A DNA stretch of 64,000 nt, from positions 96,001-160,000 of the forward strand of contig JBALDB010000007.1 in assembly GCA_036918135.1 (NCBI GenBank), given 5' to 3'. The notes under the pieces were generated by a model, which worked only from the letters and a program-made list of their open reading frames with translations, did not search any database and had not been told where the DNA came from. This DNA is from Nostoc sp. (lineage in GTDB: Bacteria; Cyanobacteriota; Cyanobacteriia; Cyanobacteriales; Nostocaceae). The position numbers and the translations under genes are program-made. Below, piece by piece: positions 1-10,390 of the stretch; position 1 is the stretch's first letter, and every line of letters starts with the position of its first letter.

Positions 1-388
1 AAAAAATTATCAAATATAAGCATTATTACAAAGCTATTTTCTGCTTATTTAGCTGGTGTTACTTGGAACATAGATATAAAACTCTAATTCATATCTAAGC
101 GTTGTGCTGAAGCTGATTAGAATTACACGCTCATAGTGCGTAGCATTTTGTAGACAGGGTTGATAGTTTTTTAGAGCAACTTAGCAGGGATCGGTTTAAT
201 ACATTGAGAACTCATACCAAATCATAGATTTTATGATGCTTCTTTTGTGGGATATTACGTATTACATAAAGAGTAATTGTGATTCCTGAATTTAGAATTA
301 TTCAATTAATTTTATAGAATTAAAAAATTGAGAAACCCGATTTATTTAGATAAACCGGGTATAGTTGCTCTATCACCACCGTGGTATA

Positions 389-3300
389 TTAGTAAGTGAT
401 AAAATAGTTAGCGTTTAAAGTGGATGCCGTAATTCCACTTAACACAGCAAGACTTTCGTTAGTGGAAGTAACCTTAATTAAGGTATCTTTGCCGCTCTGA
501 GTAATAGACAAACCTGAATAGCTCAACCCACCTGATAAAGCAATCAAATCTTCACTAGTGTTGAAGTCTTTAATGGTATCTCTACCTTCACCTTTGGCAA
601 GCACAAAGATATCATTACCTGCACCCCCTGTAAGAATATCAGTACCCAAACCGCCGTAAAGTTGGTCATTTCCTGCTCCACCAACAATTACATCATTACC
701 AGCAAAGCCAAAAATCAAGTCGTCTGAGCTAGTTCCCTGCAAGGAGGTATCAGCCTTAGCTGAACCCGTAATAATGCTGTTAACTTGGTTGCCATTTTTT
801 ATGTTAACGACATCAACATCACTGGGGTTGAGATTGTTATATTTAGCATCACTACTAACCGCTGCGCTAGTAATAATTTGGTAAGCAGTGTTGTCATCTG
901 CAACACCATCATTAACACCTGTAACCACAATTGTTTGGGGTGTATTCCAGTTAGCTGTGGTAAAGGTAACGCTACCAACTGAAACAGTACCTTCATTCGG
1001 ATTAGAACTACTCAAACTTAAGCTGACATCAGCAGTGGGTTGGCTAGTAAGTTGAATACTGAAGTTAGCACTACCACCTGCTTCGCTAGTTACTAGTGCG
1101 GTTGTGGGAGAGATAGTAAAACCCGCTATATCGTCGTCAGTAATAGTACCATTAGCTTGGTTATCAGCAATGGTGGCATTGGTGGGATTAGTCAGATTGA
1201 CAAAAAAGCGCTCGCTTGATTCAACAACGAAATCATCAATAATTGGTACGGTAATTATTTGACTAGTAACTCCAGGGTTGAAAGTCAGGGTTCCTGTGAC
1301 TGGGGTGTAATCACCAGGTGCGATCGCAGTATCATTACTAGTGTTGTAATCGACTGTAATGACGTTATTGCTAGCGTTGGAGAGTTTGACGGTAAAAGCA
1401 AGACTGCTGCTATCTTCACTGCCGCTTTTATCTGCGATGGAGATACTGGGTGCATTGTCATCATCAACTATAGTGACTGTACCTGGAGCGATCGCAGTTG
1501 TTTGGTTGGGATAACTTAGGTTGAGATTAACAGTTTCGTCAGCTTCAGTGATTTTATCACCCACAACATTTAAGGTAATAGCCTTTGTTGTATCACCAGC
1601 AGCGAATTTTAAAGTCCCAGATGAACTACCTGTGACACCTGCAACTTTAACGCTATTGTAATCACTGTTAAAAGTTGCTGTCCCATCCAGAGCATAATTT
1701 ACACTAGTGGCAACAGTAGTATCACCACTGCGAGTCACGGTGAAGGTGACTGTTTTGCTACCACTATTACCTTCAGTTACAGTTGGGGTAGCAGTTGAAA
1801 TAGCGTAATTGACATTAGCACTAGGAGCAAAGTTACTGTCTCCAATGTGATTTAATGGTTGTCCGGCAAAGCTTCCAGATGATGTTTTAGTACCAGTACC
1901 TAATGTCAAATTTGGCGCTGTGCCAGTGATTACACTTGCCACCCAATCCGAGGCTGTTGAACCTGTGGTATCACCTGAACGGCCTACATATCCTGGTATA
2001 AACGAGGTATTAACAACTGTGGCATTCGTTGGAATTGAACCGCCAGCACCTTTTCTAAATACAATCGAGCCATAAGCTTTGTCTGTAGTTCCGCCATCTA
2101 AAACTGAAACTGAATCGAGTACACTCCAATTTGAGTAAGTACTACCATCAGCAATACCATCGTTATTTGAGTCAATATCATTAGTAAGGGTGGGTGCAGT
2201 GGCAGTTTGAATCAGGAAGAAGCTAACAGATCCACTTTCGATATCGTTTGCACCCATGTGACCAATTGAACTTGAGGCTCCGTTCCCCCATCCGGCTCCA
2301 GTTCCAGTATTAGTTACTACATTTGCACCAGGTTTAGCTGTATAAGTACTGCCTTTTTGCAGTAGAACCAAAAATCCATTACTACCAAACTGCTTACCAG
2401 ACAAATCAAAAATATCCTGAACAGCGCCAGGATTAGGGGAGCCAGTATCACCTTCAATTCCAACTAAATAAGTTCCAGCTGCTAGAGTTGTACCGGGAGT
2501 GCCACGCAGTTCGATATATTCTTTGGGGCTGTCTGTAGCTGGAGGATCGAAAAGAATTTCGTTGATTACTGTCGGTACAGGAATCACCTGATCGTCGTTA
2601 ATGATGTTTACTTGAGTTGAACTGGTAGTAATTGTGGAACTTGCTGGCGCAGCTGTGAGATTGGGGTTACTTAAAGTAACAATAATGTTTTCATCAGATT
2701 CAATTGTTTTGTCACCCAAAACATTGACTGTAATTGTCTTTGTTGTTTCCCCAACTGCAAAGCTTAAAGTCCCCGATGAAGCAGTTCCACCATTCGTAAC
2801 TTGAATATTGTTATAGTCACTGCCAAAACTTGCTGTACCGCTAAAAGCATAATCTACCGTACTCGCCACCCCAATACCACCACTGCGGGTGACGGTAAAG
2901 CTAACAGATTTTGTACCGCTATTACCTTCAGTCAAAGTTGGGGTATTAGTGGAAATTGCGTATTGAATCGCATCGTTAGCAGCAATATTGAGAGTGGTTT
3001 GAGTAATTGTCCCACCAACAGCCCCTGTCAATGTGCCGAAGTTGAGTACAACCGTTTCCGCATTTTCAGGTAGATCATCTGGGTTAATGGTGAAAGTTAC
3101 TAGTTGGGTTAAATTTGAATCTGTTGCTCCACTGGCAAAGGTGAGACTAGTAGGGGAAAAAGTGTAATCGTTGCCACTAGTAGCGGTACTAGCGTTGTTG
3201 ATGACAATAGGAACTGTGACATTAGTGTTGGGAGTGGCGTCTAAAGTAACAGCGATAGTTACCACAGTGGCAGTACTACCTTCTGTAGTGTTATAGCTAG

Positions 3301-4870
3301 CAGCACCAAAGTTAACTTTTGGAGGTATATAGCCACCACTGGAAGTTGTATTCAGTAGCACTGAAACGTTATTAGAGCCTGAATTAGCCACTACTAAGTC
3401 AAAATCATTGTCTTTGTCGAAATCCCCGACTGCCAAGGAATTCGGAGTGTTTCCAACGCCAAAATTAGTAGCAGTATTAAAACCACCACTACCATTGCCC
3501 AAAAGTATTGAAACATTGTCTGAGTCGGCGTTAGCCACCGCTAAGTCAGAGTTCCCGTCATTGTTTAAGTCTCCCACTGTCACAGAATAAGGACTGCTTC
3601 CGACGCTAAAATTGCTGGCACCTCCAAAACCACCACTACCATTGCCCAACAGCACTGAAACATTGTTGGAGGAATTGTTAGCCACGGCTAAGTCAGAGTT
3701 GCCGTCTTTGTTGAAGTCTCCCACTGTTATGGAAAAGGGAGTGCTTCCCACACCAAAGTTAGTGGCAGTACCAAAGCCACCACTCCCATTGCCCAACAGC
3801 ACTGAAATACTATTGGAGCCTGCATTTGCTACCGCTAAGTCTGACTTACCGTCTTTGTTGAAGTCCCCCACTGTCACAGAATAGGGATAGTCTCCCACAC
3901 CAAAGTTAGTGGCAGTACTAAAGCCACCACTGCCATTGCCCAACAGTACTGAAATGTTGTTGGAGTTAGAGTTAGCTACCGCTAAATCAGAGTTGCCGTC
4001 ATTGTTGAAATCTCCCACTGTCACGGAATAAGGACTGCTTCCCACACCAAAGTTAGTGGCAGTACCAAAGCTACCACTGCCATTACCCAACAATACTGAA
4101 ATACTGTTGGAATCTGCATTAGCGACGGCTAAGTCAAAGTTACCGTCTTTGTTGAAATCTCCAACTGTCACGGAAATGGGACTGTTTCCCACACCAAAGT
4201 TAGTGGCAGCCCCAAAACCACCACTGCCATTGCCCAACAGGACTGAAACGTTGTTGGAGTTAATGTTAGCTACGGCTAAGTCAGAGTTACCGTCTTTGTT
4301 AAAATCCCCAACTGTCACGGAAGGGGGATTGCTTGCAACGCTAAAGTTGGTGGCAGGTGCAAATAATGAGGGTAAAATTGAGCGGTAAGCTTTCGTTACC
4401 TCTGGTGTCAAGGCTAAGTCTGACTCAATGGAGCCAATCTTCACTTCTAAATCCCAATCACCACCTAATTCGGCATTACCTGTGATGTCATCAGAAGCAG
4501 CCACATCTGCGCCTGTGATTTGGCTTAGACGCTGTACAAAAGTTCGATCTCCTGATGCCACGTTGCAACCGAAAACCAGAATATCAGCATCATTAGTTAA
4601 ATAATCTCTCCACTGTTGCAACTGATTGCTGTAGGAGTTCAAATTATTGGCATTGAGTTGAGTTGACCCTAGTTGCAAACTACCTTCGCTGCCGTGGGAG
4701 ATAATTTGAACTGATTGGTATTTGCCACCTTGCAAAGCTTGAGTGATTTGTTCTACTCCATCCTTAGTGGAGTCAAGGATTACTACACTAGTGCCTGGTT
4801 TGATGCCAGCAATCAAACTTTCGTAGTCGATAACTCCTGCATCGATAAAGACAATATTTTGATTTGCCAT
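389..4870 (-). CDS. Large secreted adhesin-like protein: DUF4347 + FG-GAP/VCBS repeats + Calx-beta domains + lamin-tail-like domain + C-terminal RTX repeats
   Basis: N-terminus IVFIDAGV...IISHGSEGSLQLG...ASDDITG...GGDWDLE is DUF4347-like. About seven 49-aa repeats (VTVGDFNKDGNSDLAVAN...VSVLLGNGSGGF). Calx-beta motifs (EGNSG...FTVTRSG...TLSFAVGETTK). VINEILFDP...EYIEL segment. GGAGND nonapeptides and a type I secretion-like tail. Confidence 0.9.
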   Translation of the reverse strand: MANQNIVFIDAGVIDYESLIAGIKPGTSVVILDSTKDGVEQITQALQGGKYQSVQIISHGSEGSLQLGSTQLNANNLNSYSNQLQQWRDYLTNDADILVFGCNVASGDRTFVQRLSQITGADVAASDDITGNAELGGDWDLEVKIGSIESDLALTPEVTKAYRSILPSLFAPATNFSVASNPPSVTVGDFNKDGNSDLAVANINSNNVSVLLGNGSGGFGAATNFGVGNSPISVTVGDFNKDGNFDLAVANADSNSISVLLGNGSGSFGTATNFGVGSSPYSVTVGDFNNDGNSDLAVANSNSNNISVLLGNGSGGFSTATNFGVGDYPYSVTVGDFNKDGKSDLAVANAGSNSISVLLGNGSGGFGTATNFGVGSTPFSITVGDFNKDGNSDLAVANNSSNNVSVLLGNGSGGFGGASNFSVGSSPYSVTVGDLNNDGNSDLAVANADSDNVSILLGNGSGGFNTATNFGVGNTPNSLAVGDFDKDNDFDLVVANSGSNNVSVLLNTTSSGGYIPPKVNFGAASYNTTEGSTATVVTIAVTLDATPNTNVTVPIVINNASTATSGNDYTFSPTSLTFASGATDSNLTQLVTFTINPDDLPENAETVVLNFGTLTGAVGGTITQTTLNIAANDAIQYAISTNTPTLTEGNSGTKSVSFTVTRSGGIGVASTVDYAFSGTASFGSDYNNIQVTNGGTASSGTLSFAVGETTKTITVNVLGDKTIESDENIIVTLSNPNLTAAPASSTITTSSTQVNIINDDQVIPVPTVINEILFDPPATDSPKEYIELRGTPGTTLAAGTYLVGIEGDTGSPNPGAVQDIFDLSGKQFGSNGFLVLLQKGSTYTAKPGANVVTNTGTGAGWGNGASSSIGHMGANDIESGSVSFFLIQTATAPTLTNDIDSNNDGIADGSTYSNWSVLDSVSVLDGGTTDKAYGSIVFRKGAGGSIPTNATVVNTSFIPGYVGRSGDTTGSTASDWVASVITGTAPNLTLGTGTKTSSGSFAGQPLNHIGDSNFAPSANVNYAISTATPTVTEGNSGSKTVTFTVTRSGDTTVATSVNYALDGTATFNSDYNSVKVAGVTGSSSGTLKFAAGDTTKAITLNVVGDKITEADETVNLNLSYPNQTTAIAPGTVTIVDDDNAPSISIADKSGSEDSSSLAFTVKLSNASNNVITVDYNTSNDTAIAPGDYTPVTGTLTFNPGVTSQIITVPIIDDFVVESSERFFVNLTNPTNATIADNQANGTITDDDIAGFTISPTTALVTSEAGGSANFSIQLTSQPTADVSLSLSSSNPNEGTVSVGSVTFTTANWNTPQTIVVTGVNDGVADDNTAYQIITSAAVSSDAKYNNLNPSDVDVVNIKNGNQVNSIITGSAKADTSLQGTSSDDLIFGFAGNDVIVGGAGNDQLYGGLGTDILTGGAGNDIFVLAKGEGRDTIKDFNTSEDLIALSGGLSYSGLSITQSGKDTLIKVTSTNESLAVLSGITASTLNANYFITY
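3350..4370 (-). repeat. Intragenic ~147-bp tandem repeat (FG-GAP/VCBS beta-propeller blades, about 7 copies)
   Basis: Recurring ccattgcccaac / gctaagtcagagtt / tctcccactgtcac blocks with a 49-codon period. Confidence 0.85.
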
Positions 4871-5248
4871 TTGTAGTTCCTCTGTAAGTTACTTGGATTT
4901 AGAAGTTTGTGTTCTGGTAGTTGCACAATGATTGTTAATAGTAGATAAAATTTGGCAACTCAAAATTGATGACTTTAGTCACCCAGCAATAAGCAGGAAG
5001 CAAATGCTTAAACATTCGCTTCCATCAATAAATAAAATAGGTAATTTAACCTCTTTTTATTTAGGTAAAACAAAAAAGTCTGATATCATAACTCAGTACA
5101 AAATTAGGCTAAAAATATAATAATTACTACAGTATTATTACTGTAATAACAAAGGTGTGTTAAAAATAAATGGTCTAAAACTTATATTTGATTATGTAAA
5201 ATACACTTAGTGGCATAGCAAGACTAAAATGTTGCATTATGGTTTTCT

Positions 5249-5301
5249 TGTGGGATGGGTGTCCTTACCCGTCCGGGCAGGCAAGATACCCACTCCACAA
5301 G
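5249..5301. repeat. Cyanobacterial REP-like imperfect palindrome
   Basis: ttgtgggatgggtgtcctt...caagatacccactccacaa has complementary ends. A more decayed relative lies near 6806-6870. Confidence 0.5.
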
Positions 5302-5421
5302 AACTAAATTATATGCACAACTTCTGTTGATGCCATTTGATTTGCCAGTGTACACTTTATTAGTATTTTTTGAGCGATCGCCCATGATAGATGTCAAGAA
5401 ACATTTCTGTTTTTGAGCACG

Positions 5422-6585
5422 CTAAACTATTTGAATATCTAAATTGGGTGAAAAACCAATAGGCTTATTTTCAAGAATGGCAAATCTAGAATCTTGGAAG
5501 AACAAAGAACCATTTAGGGGATCGTAACTAAAGTCACTGCTTGAAGTAGTACCAAACCCTGCTTGAGAAACCTGGATTTTGTCACCTTCAACAGCCTTGA
5601 AGTCTTTAATAATGTCAACACCTTCTAATACATTGGTAAAAACAAATTTATCTGCACCTAGTCCACCAGTAAGAGTATCGTTGCCATTTCCACCAGAGAG
5701 TGTGTCATTGCCACTCCCACCAGAAAGTGTATCGTTACCGCCATTGCCAAATAATAAATTATCTTGCCTATCTCCAACAATAGTGTCACTTTGATTTGTA
5801 CCTTTGACATTATCAAAGTTTATAAATGTGAACTTAGCTGTATTTCCGCCAGGAAGATTATTTATTACAAAACTTTGAGTTTCAAGGTTTGCGTTGACTG
5901 ATGCATCTCCAATTGAAAAGAGTGCTGAAGGAGCAATTGAGGCGTCTATAGTGTTATTTACAGCACTAGGATCGACAACAAGCTTTTCAAATTCGCCAAG
6001 TAAATCTGTACCTAGTCCGCCACCTTTTTTAAGAGTTCCATCAATAAAAATGGTAGAGCTTACGCCTATTGTGCTGTAATCAGCCGTATCAATACCACTT
6101 CCACCAAGTAAGGTATCGTTGCCTGCACTGCCTCTAATAATATCATTGCCACCCTTGCCAAATAATTGATTATCCTGAGCATCACCAGTAATAGTATCAT
6201 TTTGTTTTGTACCAATTACATTTACAAAATTCTCCACCTTAACTATTATTGGCGGCGAACCTACAACTCTAATTTCTAGTCTTTGTTGAGACAAGTTAGC
6301 TACTATTGATACATTGTTGTTATCAGTCGTAGCATTAATGATGTTAACTTGTCCGGTAGCACCAATAACGCCTTCAACAAAATCTTTAAAGGTGTCAGTT
6401 CCAATAGCACCTTTTTGAATAACCACTGGTCGGATTGTTATAGGTTGTCTTAAAGCGCTGTAGTCAACAACATCCTTACCATTTCCACCCTTTATAGTAT
6501 CATTACCTGCACTGCCGATAAATCTGTCATTCCCGTCAGTTCCGCTTAAAGCATCATTTCCATCAGAGCCTCTTATTATTGCCAT
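5422..6585 (-). CDS. RTX/hemolysin-type calcium-binding secreted protein
   Basis: GGxGxD nonapeptides, DTADYS and ENFVNVIGT/DNVKGT motifs, and the C-terminal GADKFVF...DIIKDF...DKIQVS tail typical of cyanobacterial Ca-binding proteins. Confidence 0.88.
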   Translation of the reverse strand: MAIIRGSDGNDALSGTDGNDRFIGSAGNDTIKGGNGKDVVDYSALRQPITIRPVVIQKGAIGTDTFKDFVEGVIGATGQVNIINATTDNNNVSIVANLSQQRLEIRVVGSPPIIVKVENFVNVIGTKQNDTITGDAQDNQLFGKGGNDIIRGSAGNDTLLGGSGIDTADYSTIGVSSTIFIDGTLKKGGGLGTDLLGEFEKLVVDPSAVNNTIDASIAPSALFSIGDASVNANLETQSFVINNLPGGNTAKFTFINFDNVKGTNQSDTIVGDRQDNLLFGNGGNDTLSGGSGNDTLSGGNGNDTLTGGLGADKFVFTNVLEGVDIIKDFKAVEGDKIQVSQAGFGTTSSSDFSYDPLNGSLFFQDSRFAILENKPIGFSPNLDIQIV

Positions 6586-6976
6586 AATCTTGTTTTGCTT
6601 CTATTTAAATAACTGCTGTATAGTAACTTGTTATCAACTAGATTATTTTTAATAAATATTACAGATCGTGGCTCAGAGGTGTTTATCAAACTCGTTTGCT
6701 GCTTGTTGAATTACACATAGCAGTTATTTCTGATTTAGGAGTGATTCCAAACTTTAATAACGATATTTTAGATGTAAAAAAGGTAACGAAAAGCATACTC
6801 ATCTATGGTGAGCGTCTTGCCCGTCTGTAACGTCTGTAACCAAAAGCAGACAACATATCCACCCAGCAAGAGGCAAAAATCAAGAGATTAAAAAATTTCA
6901 CTTGCCAATCGTAGCGATCGCACCTTTTACAATAGAAGTAGTTAGCATAGCTAATTACTGCTGGAGGTACTCAAAT

Positions 6977-8341
6977 ATGGGGCAGCTAAAGTCCGCCGAG
7001 GAAATGCCTGGTACTTATGGCTTGCCCTATTTGGGCGAGACTTGGGAAATATTGCGCGATTTAGAATTGTATATATGGCGACGATTCCATCAGTATGGTT
7101 CAGTTTTTAAGACCAAGGTGATGGGATATAAACGTGCTTATTTAATTGGCCCTGATGCTAATCGGCTGGTGCTGATAGAACAAGCAGAACATATGTCATC
7201 GCGGATGGGCTGGTATTTCCTGGAACCCACATTTGGCAACAATATTTTATTACAAGATGGGGAAGAACATCGGCTAACTCGTCGCTTAATGTATCCAGCA
7301 TTTCACGGAAAAGCGATCGCTACATACTTCGACACAATTCAAAATATAGTAGAAGACTTCCTCAAAGATTGGGGAGAACGAGGAACAATTTCTTTAAATT
7401 CTACTTTTCGCCAATTAACCTTGATAGTTGCAACTCGCCTGTTTTTGGGAAGTCAAAATCAAAGCGAAGTAGAACAAACTAGTCGGTGGTTTACACAATT
7501 AATTGATAGCAGTCTGGCAATACTAAAATGGAATGTCCCTTTTACTTTATATGGTCGCGGTCAAAATGCCAGGAGTAAATTAATAGCTTTTTTGAATCAA
7601 GCGATCGCCCAACGTATCGAAAACGGTAATTTAGAAGAATCAAAAGATGTTTTGGGATTACTGTTAGCAGCTGTTGATGAAGACGGCAATAAGTTGAGCC
7701 AAGCACAGGTAATTAACGAAGCATTACTACTGCTGTTTGCTGGACATGAAACCACAGCTTCCTTGCTCAGTTGGGTAATATTTGAATTAGGTCATCGTCC
7801 AGAATGGCGAGAGCGACTGCGTAAAGAACAGTTAGCAGTTGTGGGAAATAATCCTCTAACCCTGTCTCACCTCAAACAATTTCCACAGTTAACCAACGTC
7901 CTCAAAGAAACAGAACGCCTTTATCCCCCAGTGTATGCCTATAATCGTGGTGTCCTCAAAGATATTGAATATGCAGGCTATCGTATTCCCGCTGGTTGGT
8001 TTGTGACGATTTCCCCAATGCTGACTCACCGTCTACCAGAACTATACACCGATCCCGATCGCTTTGACCCCGACCGCTTTGCACGACCTCGTGAAGAAGA
8101 TAAAAAGCATCCTTTTGCACTAATCGGTTTTGGTAACGGTTCTCACAGTTGCTTAGGCATGGAATTTGCCCAAATGGAAATGAAAATCGTGCTTTCTGTG
8201 CTGCTTCGCCATTACGATTGGACAGTAAAACCGGATTATTCTACAGTTACTCCCTATTGTAAAGCTTCTAAAGTTAAAGACACTTTACAAGCATATATTG
8301 AGCCTTTGGGGATAAAGCATTCTTCGCAGAATCAAACATAA
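6977..8341 (+). CDS. Cytochrome P450 (CYP120/CYP26-like cyanobacterial type)
   Basis: I-helix AGHETT, K-helix ETER, PDRF and heme motif FGNGSHSCLG. Start moved from the ORF-track TTG at 6902 to ATG 6977, which follows GGAGG at 6963-6967. Confidence 0.92.
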   Translation: MGQLKSAEEMPGTYGLPYLGETWEILRDLELYIWRRFHQYGSVFKTKVMGYKRAYLIGPDANRLVLIEQAEHMSSRMGWYFLEPTFGNNILLQDGEEHRLTRRLMYPAFHGKAIATYFDTIQNIVEDFLKDWGERGTISLNSTFRQLTLIVATRLFLGSQNQSEVEQTSRWFTQLIDSSLAILKWNVPFTLYGRGQNARSKLIAFLNQAIAQRIENGNLEESKDVLGLLLAAVDEDGNKLSQAQVINEALLLLFAGHETTASLLSWVIFELGHRPEWRERLRKEQLAVVGNNPLTLSHLKQFPQLTNVLKETERLYPPVYAYNRGVLKDIEYAGYRIPAGWFVTISPMLTHRLPELYTDPDRFDPDRFARPREEDKKHPFALIGFGNGSHSCLGMEFAQMEMKIVLSVLLRHYDWTVKPDYSTVTPYCKASKVKDTLQAYIEPLGIKHSSQNQT

Positions 8342-8428
8342 AACTAGCGACCGCCAAAGTATTTTAAGTGTGGAGAATTTACCCATCTGACAAAATTGGG
8401 CGATCGCATTTTTCAATCTAGATAGCTG

Positions 8429-10042
8429 CTATGTTCTTGCCCACGGCGCTCCTGCATAATGAACAAGGTTGTTATTCTGTTCGAGTTGATTCAGTTCAGG
8501 AGTTGAAGAAATCAGTTGGTTTGTAAAATTTAACGTAGAATTTTCTACTTCATTCACAACTTCTATCAACTCAGGTACCGTTTCTTGGTATCCTTGAGTA
8601 ACATTTGTTCTGAGAAAATCTTCTGTATCATCCGCCGCTATGGTTATCCATTGCTGAATTCCATACTTAGAAACCTGTTGCTGTTCGTGGGTTTCAAAGT
8701 CTCCAAAGTTGAGATTCGCAAAATTACCAACAGGTGGGCCGTTTTTAATCGCTTCTCGGTTATCGAACATATTTGTAGCCAATGTACGCATAACCTGCAT
8801 ATACCTGCCTTCCAGTGTAATGTGTACATTGTTTACTGCTGTATATTGGGCACGGTCAAAGTTTTGGTTATCATCAGTAGCCGTTTCTACCCGTTGTCGT
8901 CTACCCTGAACACCGCCAAATACAATATCATTTGGTAATTGATTTGTATGGATGCTTTCGGGATCGGTGGTAGTACTGCGGGAGAGATGCACGTAATCAG
9001 AAGCACTGATTGAGTCTATAATCTGCATATTCTTTTGCCATTGCTGTCCGTGTTGTCCATATAAAGTCGTTTGTCTCTCGGCTCTTTGTACAACAGGTGC
9101 ACTATTAGACATATCGTGGTAAGCTGCTGATGGGGTTTCGTTGGGTAGGTGTTGCGGTAACTGCTGCGATGGTAAAGGCGATCGCTGAACTGTCTGGCCA
9201 TTTTGCTGCACCACATGCGTCAACTCATGCGCCAACAACTCCTGACCGCTGCGACTCTCAGGATTATATTCCCCTTGCCCAAAGAATACATCCTGCCCAG
9301 TCGTAAAAGCACGCGCCTGAATTGACCGATTTAACTGGTTAGATTCACTATCCGTGTGAACCTTCACCCCACTAAAATCTGCACCAAACGCCTGTTCCAT
9401 CGGTGCCCGGATATTGTCCGCCATCGGCTGTCCACTACCCTTTGCTTGGCTAATCGACGTTTCCAACTCAGGTGCAGCAGCCATCCCAGCCTCAGCTTGA
9501 CGCTGTACCAGAGGTTTCATTTGCAATTCTTCTTCATCCTCTGGCAGCTCTTGACGTTGCAGTGTGCTAATGTCCAGAGGTTTCATTTGCAATTCTTCTT
9601 CATCCTCTGGTATCTCTTGGCGTTGCAGTGTGCTAATGTCCAGAGGTTTCATTTGCAATTCTTCTTCATCCTCTGGTATCTCTTGGCGTTGCAGTGTGCT
9701 AGCGTCCAGAGGTTTCATTTGCAATTCTTCTTCCTCTGGTAATGCTTCTGGTTGGATAGACTGGCGATTTCCAGGCTGCGCCATTCTTTGCATTACCTGC
9801 TGTGCTACGCTATCCGCTTCCTGTTCGTAAATATCTCCAGGCTGGCTAATTGAAAGTTTTGTTTGGCAACGCAGTGGTATGCGACTTATATCGTGAGTAA
9901 CTGGTTTATGGAGTGGTTGTATTTCAGGAACCGCTTGGCGTGAAATTGCCGACGACTCCAAGCCAAAGCTGCGTATCGGGTGTTTGAGGGATGGGATTGA
10001 GAAACCTGTAGTTTTTTTCTCTCGGCTGAAGTGTTCTCTCAT
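8429..10042 (-). CDS. DUF4157 (eCIS core domain) protein with EEELQMKP repeats and an unrecognised C-terminal domain
   Basis: QTKLSISQPGDIYEQEAD N-terminal motif and DUF4157 core MEQAFGADFSGVKVH...ARAFTTGQDVFF...LLAHELTHVVQQ (HExxH). Confidence 0.88.
   Translation of the reverse strand: MREHFSREKKTTGFSIPSLKHPIRSFGLESSAISRQAVPEIQPLHKPVTHDISRIPLRCQTKLSISQPGDIYEQEADSVAQQVMQRMAQPGNRQSIQPEALPEEEELQMKPLDASTLQRQEIPEDEEELQMKPLDISTLQRQEIPEDEEELQMKPLDISTLQRQELPEDEEELQMKPLVQRQAEAGMAAAPELETSISQAKGSGQPMADNIRAPMEQAFGADFSGVKVHTDSESNQLNRSIQARAFTTGQDVFFGQGEYNPESRSGQELLAHELTHVVQQNGQTVQRSPLPSQQLPQHLPNETPSAAYHDMSNSAPVVQRAERQTTLYGQHGQQWQKNMQIIDSISASDYVHLSRSTTTDPESIHTNQLPNDIVFGGVQGRRQRVETATDDNQNFDRAQYTAVNNVHITLEGRYMQVMRTLATNMFDNREAIKNGPPVGNFANLNFGDFETHEQQQVSKYGIQQWITIAADDTEDFLRTNVTQGYQETVPELIEVVNEVENSTLNFTNQLISSTPELNQLEQNNNLVHYAGAPWART
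9508..9739 (-). repeat. 66-bp intragenic tandem repeat, about 3.5 copies (EEELQMKPLDISTLQRQEIPED)
   Basis: ccagaggtttcatttgcaattcttcttc recurs at 9508, 9574, 9640 and 9706. Confidence 0.93.
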
Positions 10043-10090
10043 TTTCTTCTCCAGATGCCGAAGCAGTAGCTAGATAAATAATTTTACTGT

Positions 10091-10314
10091 TAAGTAGGTC
10101 AACATTAAAAAATGTAAGATATAACCTTCGCAATTACTTCACTTGGCTTTGTTTTGCTCGTAATCACATTTTACATTTAATTAGGTTGATACCAATTTTC
10201 TGTAAAGCTGCATATTATTTTAACCCCTCCCAACCTCTCCTTGGTAAGGGGAGGTGGCGCAGGCGGTGGGGTTCTTTCTATGCGTCTTCATGAAGAATTG
10301 GTATGAGCTACTTA
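10091..10314. mobile_element. Nested MITEs: outer TAAGTAG...CTACTTA element whose right end is interrupted by an inner TACCAATT...AATTGGTA element (10190-10303)
   Basis: Outer left end taagtaggtcaacattaaaaaatgtaagat matches the reverse complement of the reconstructed right end (taagtagctcaacctaattaaatgtaaaat). The inner element has imperfect terminal inverted repeats and is flanked by TGA on both sides (10187-10189 and 10304-10306). Confidence 0.72.
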
Positions 10315-10390
10315 CTAACATCTAAAATACTGCGATCGCACTTTTAACACAATCAATCAAAAGTCTAAATCCAGGTAATCTCAACTCCAA

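Noticed and set aside
332..362. Hairpin downstream of the 389-4870 gene as a terminator
   Set aside because: The stem (acccg...cgggt) is imperfect and resembles a short dispersed repeat, so support is too weak.
3408..4388. Plus-strand Pro/Leu-rich ORFs (3408, 3612, 4056) and similar ORFs at 5579 and 14199-14789
   Set aside because: They are antisense shadows of FG-GAP and RTX repeats.
6977..8341. P450 as a tailoring enzyme of the PKS/NRPS cluster
   Set aside because: It lies about 7.6 kb away, separated by unrelated genes, and belongs to a common stand-alone cyanobacterial type. Nothing in the sequence links it.
9508..9739. Regularly spaced direct repeats resembling a CRISPR array
   Set aside because: The intervening sequences are near-identical, the period is 66 bp (22 codons) inside an ORF, and no cas genes are present. 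It is a coding tandem repeat.
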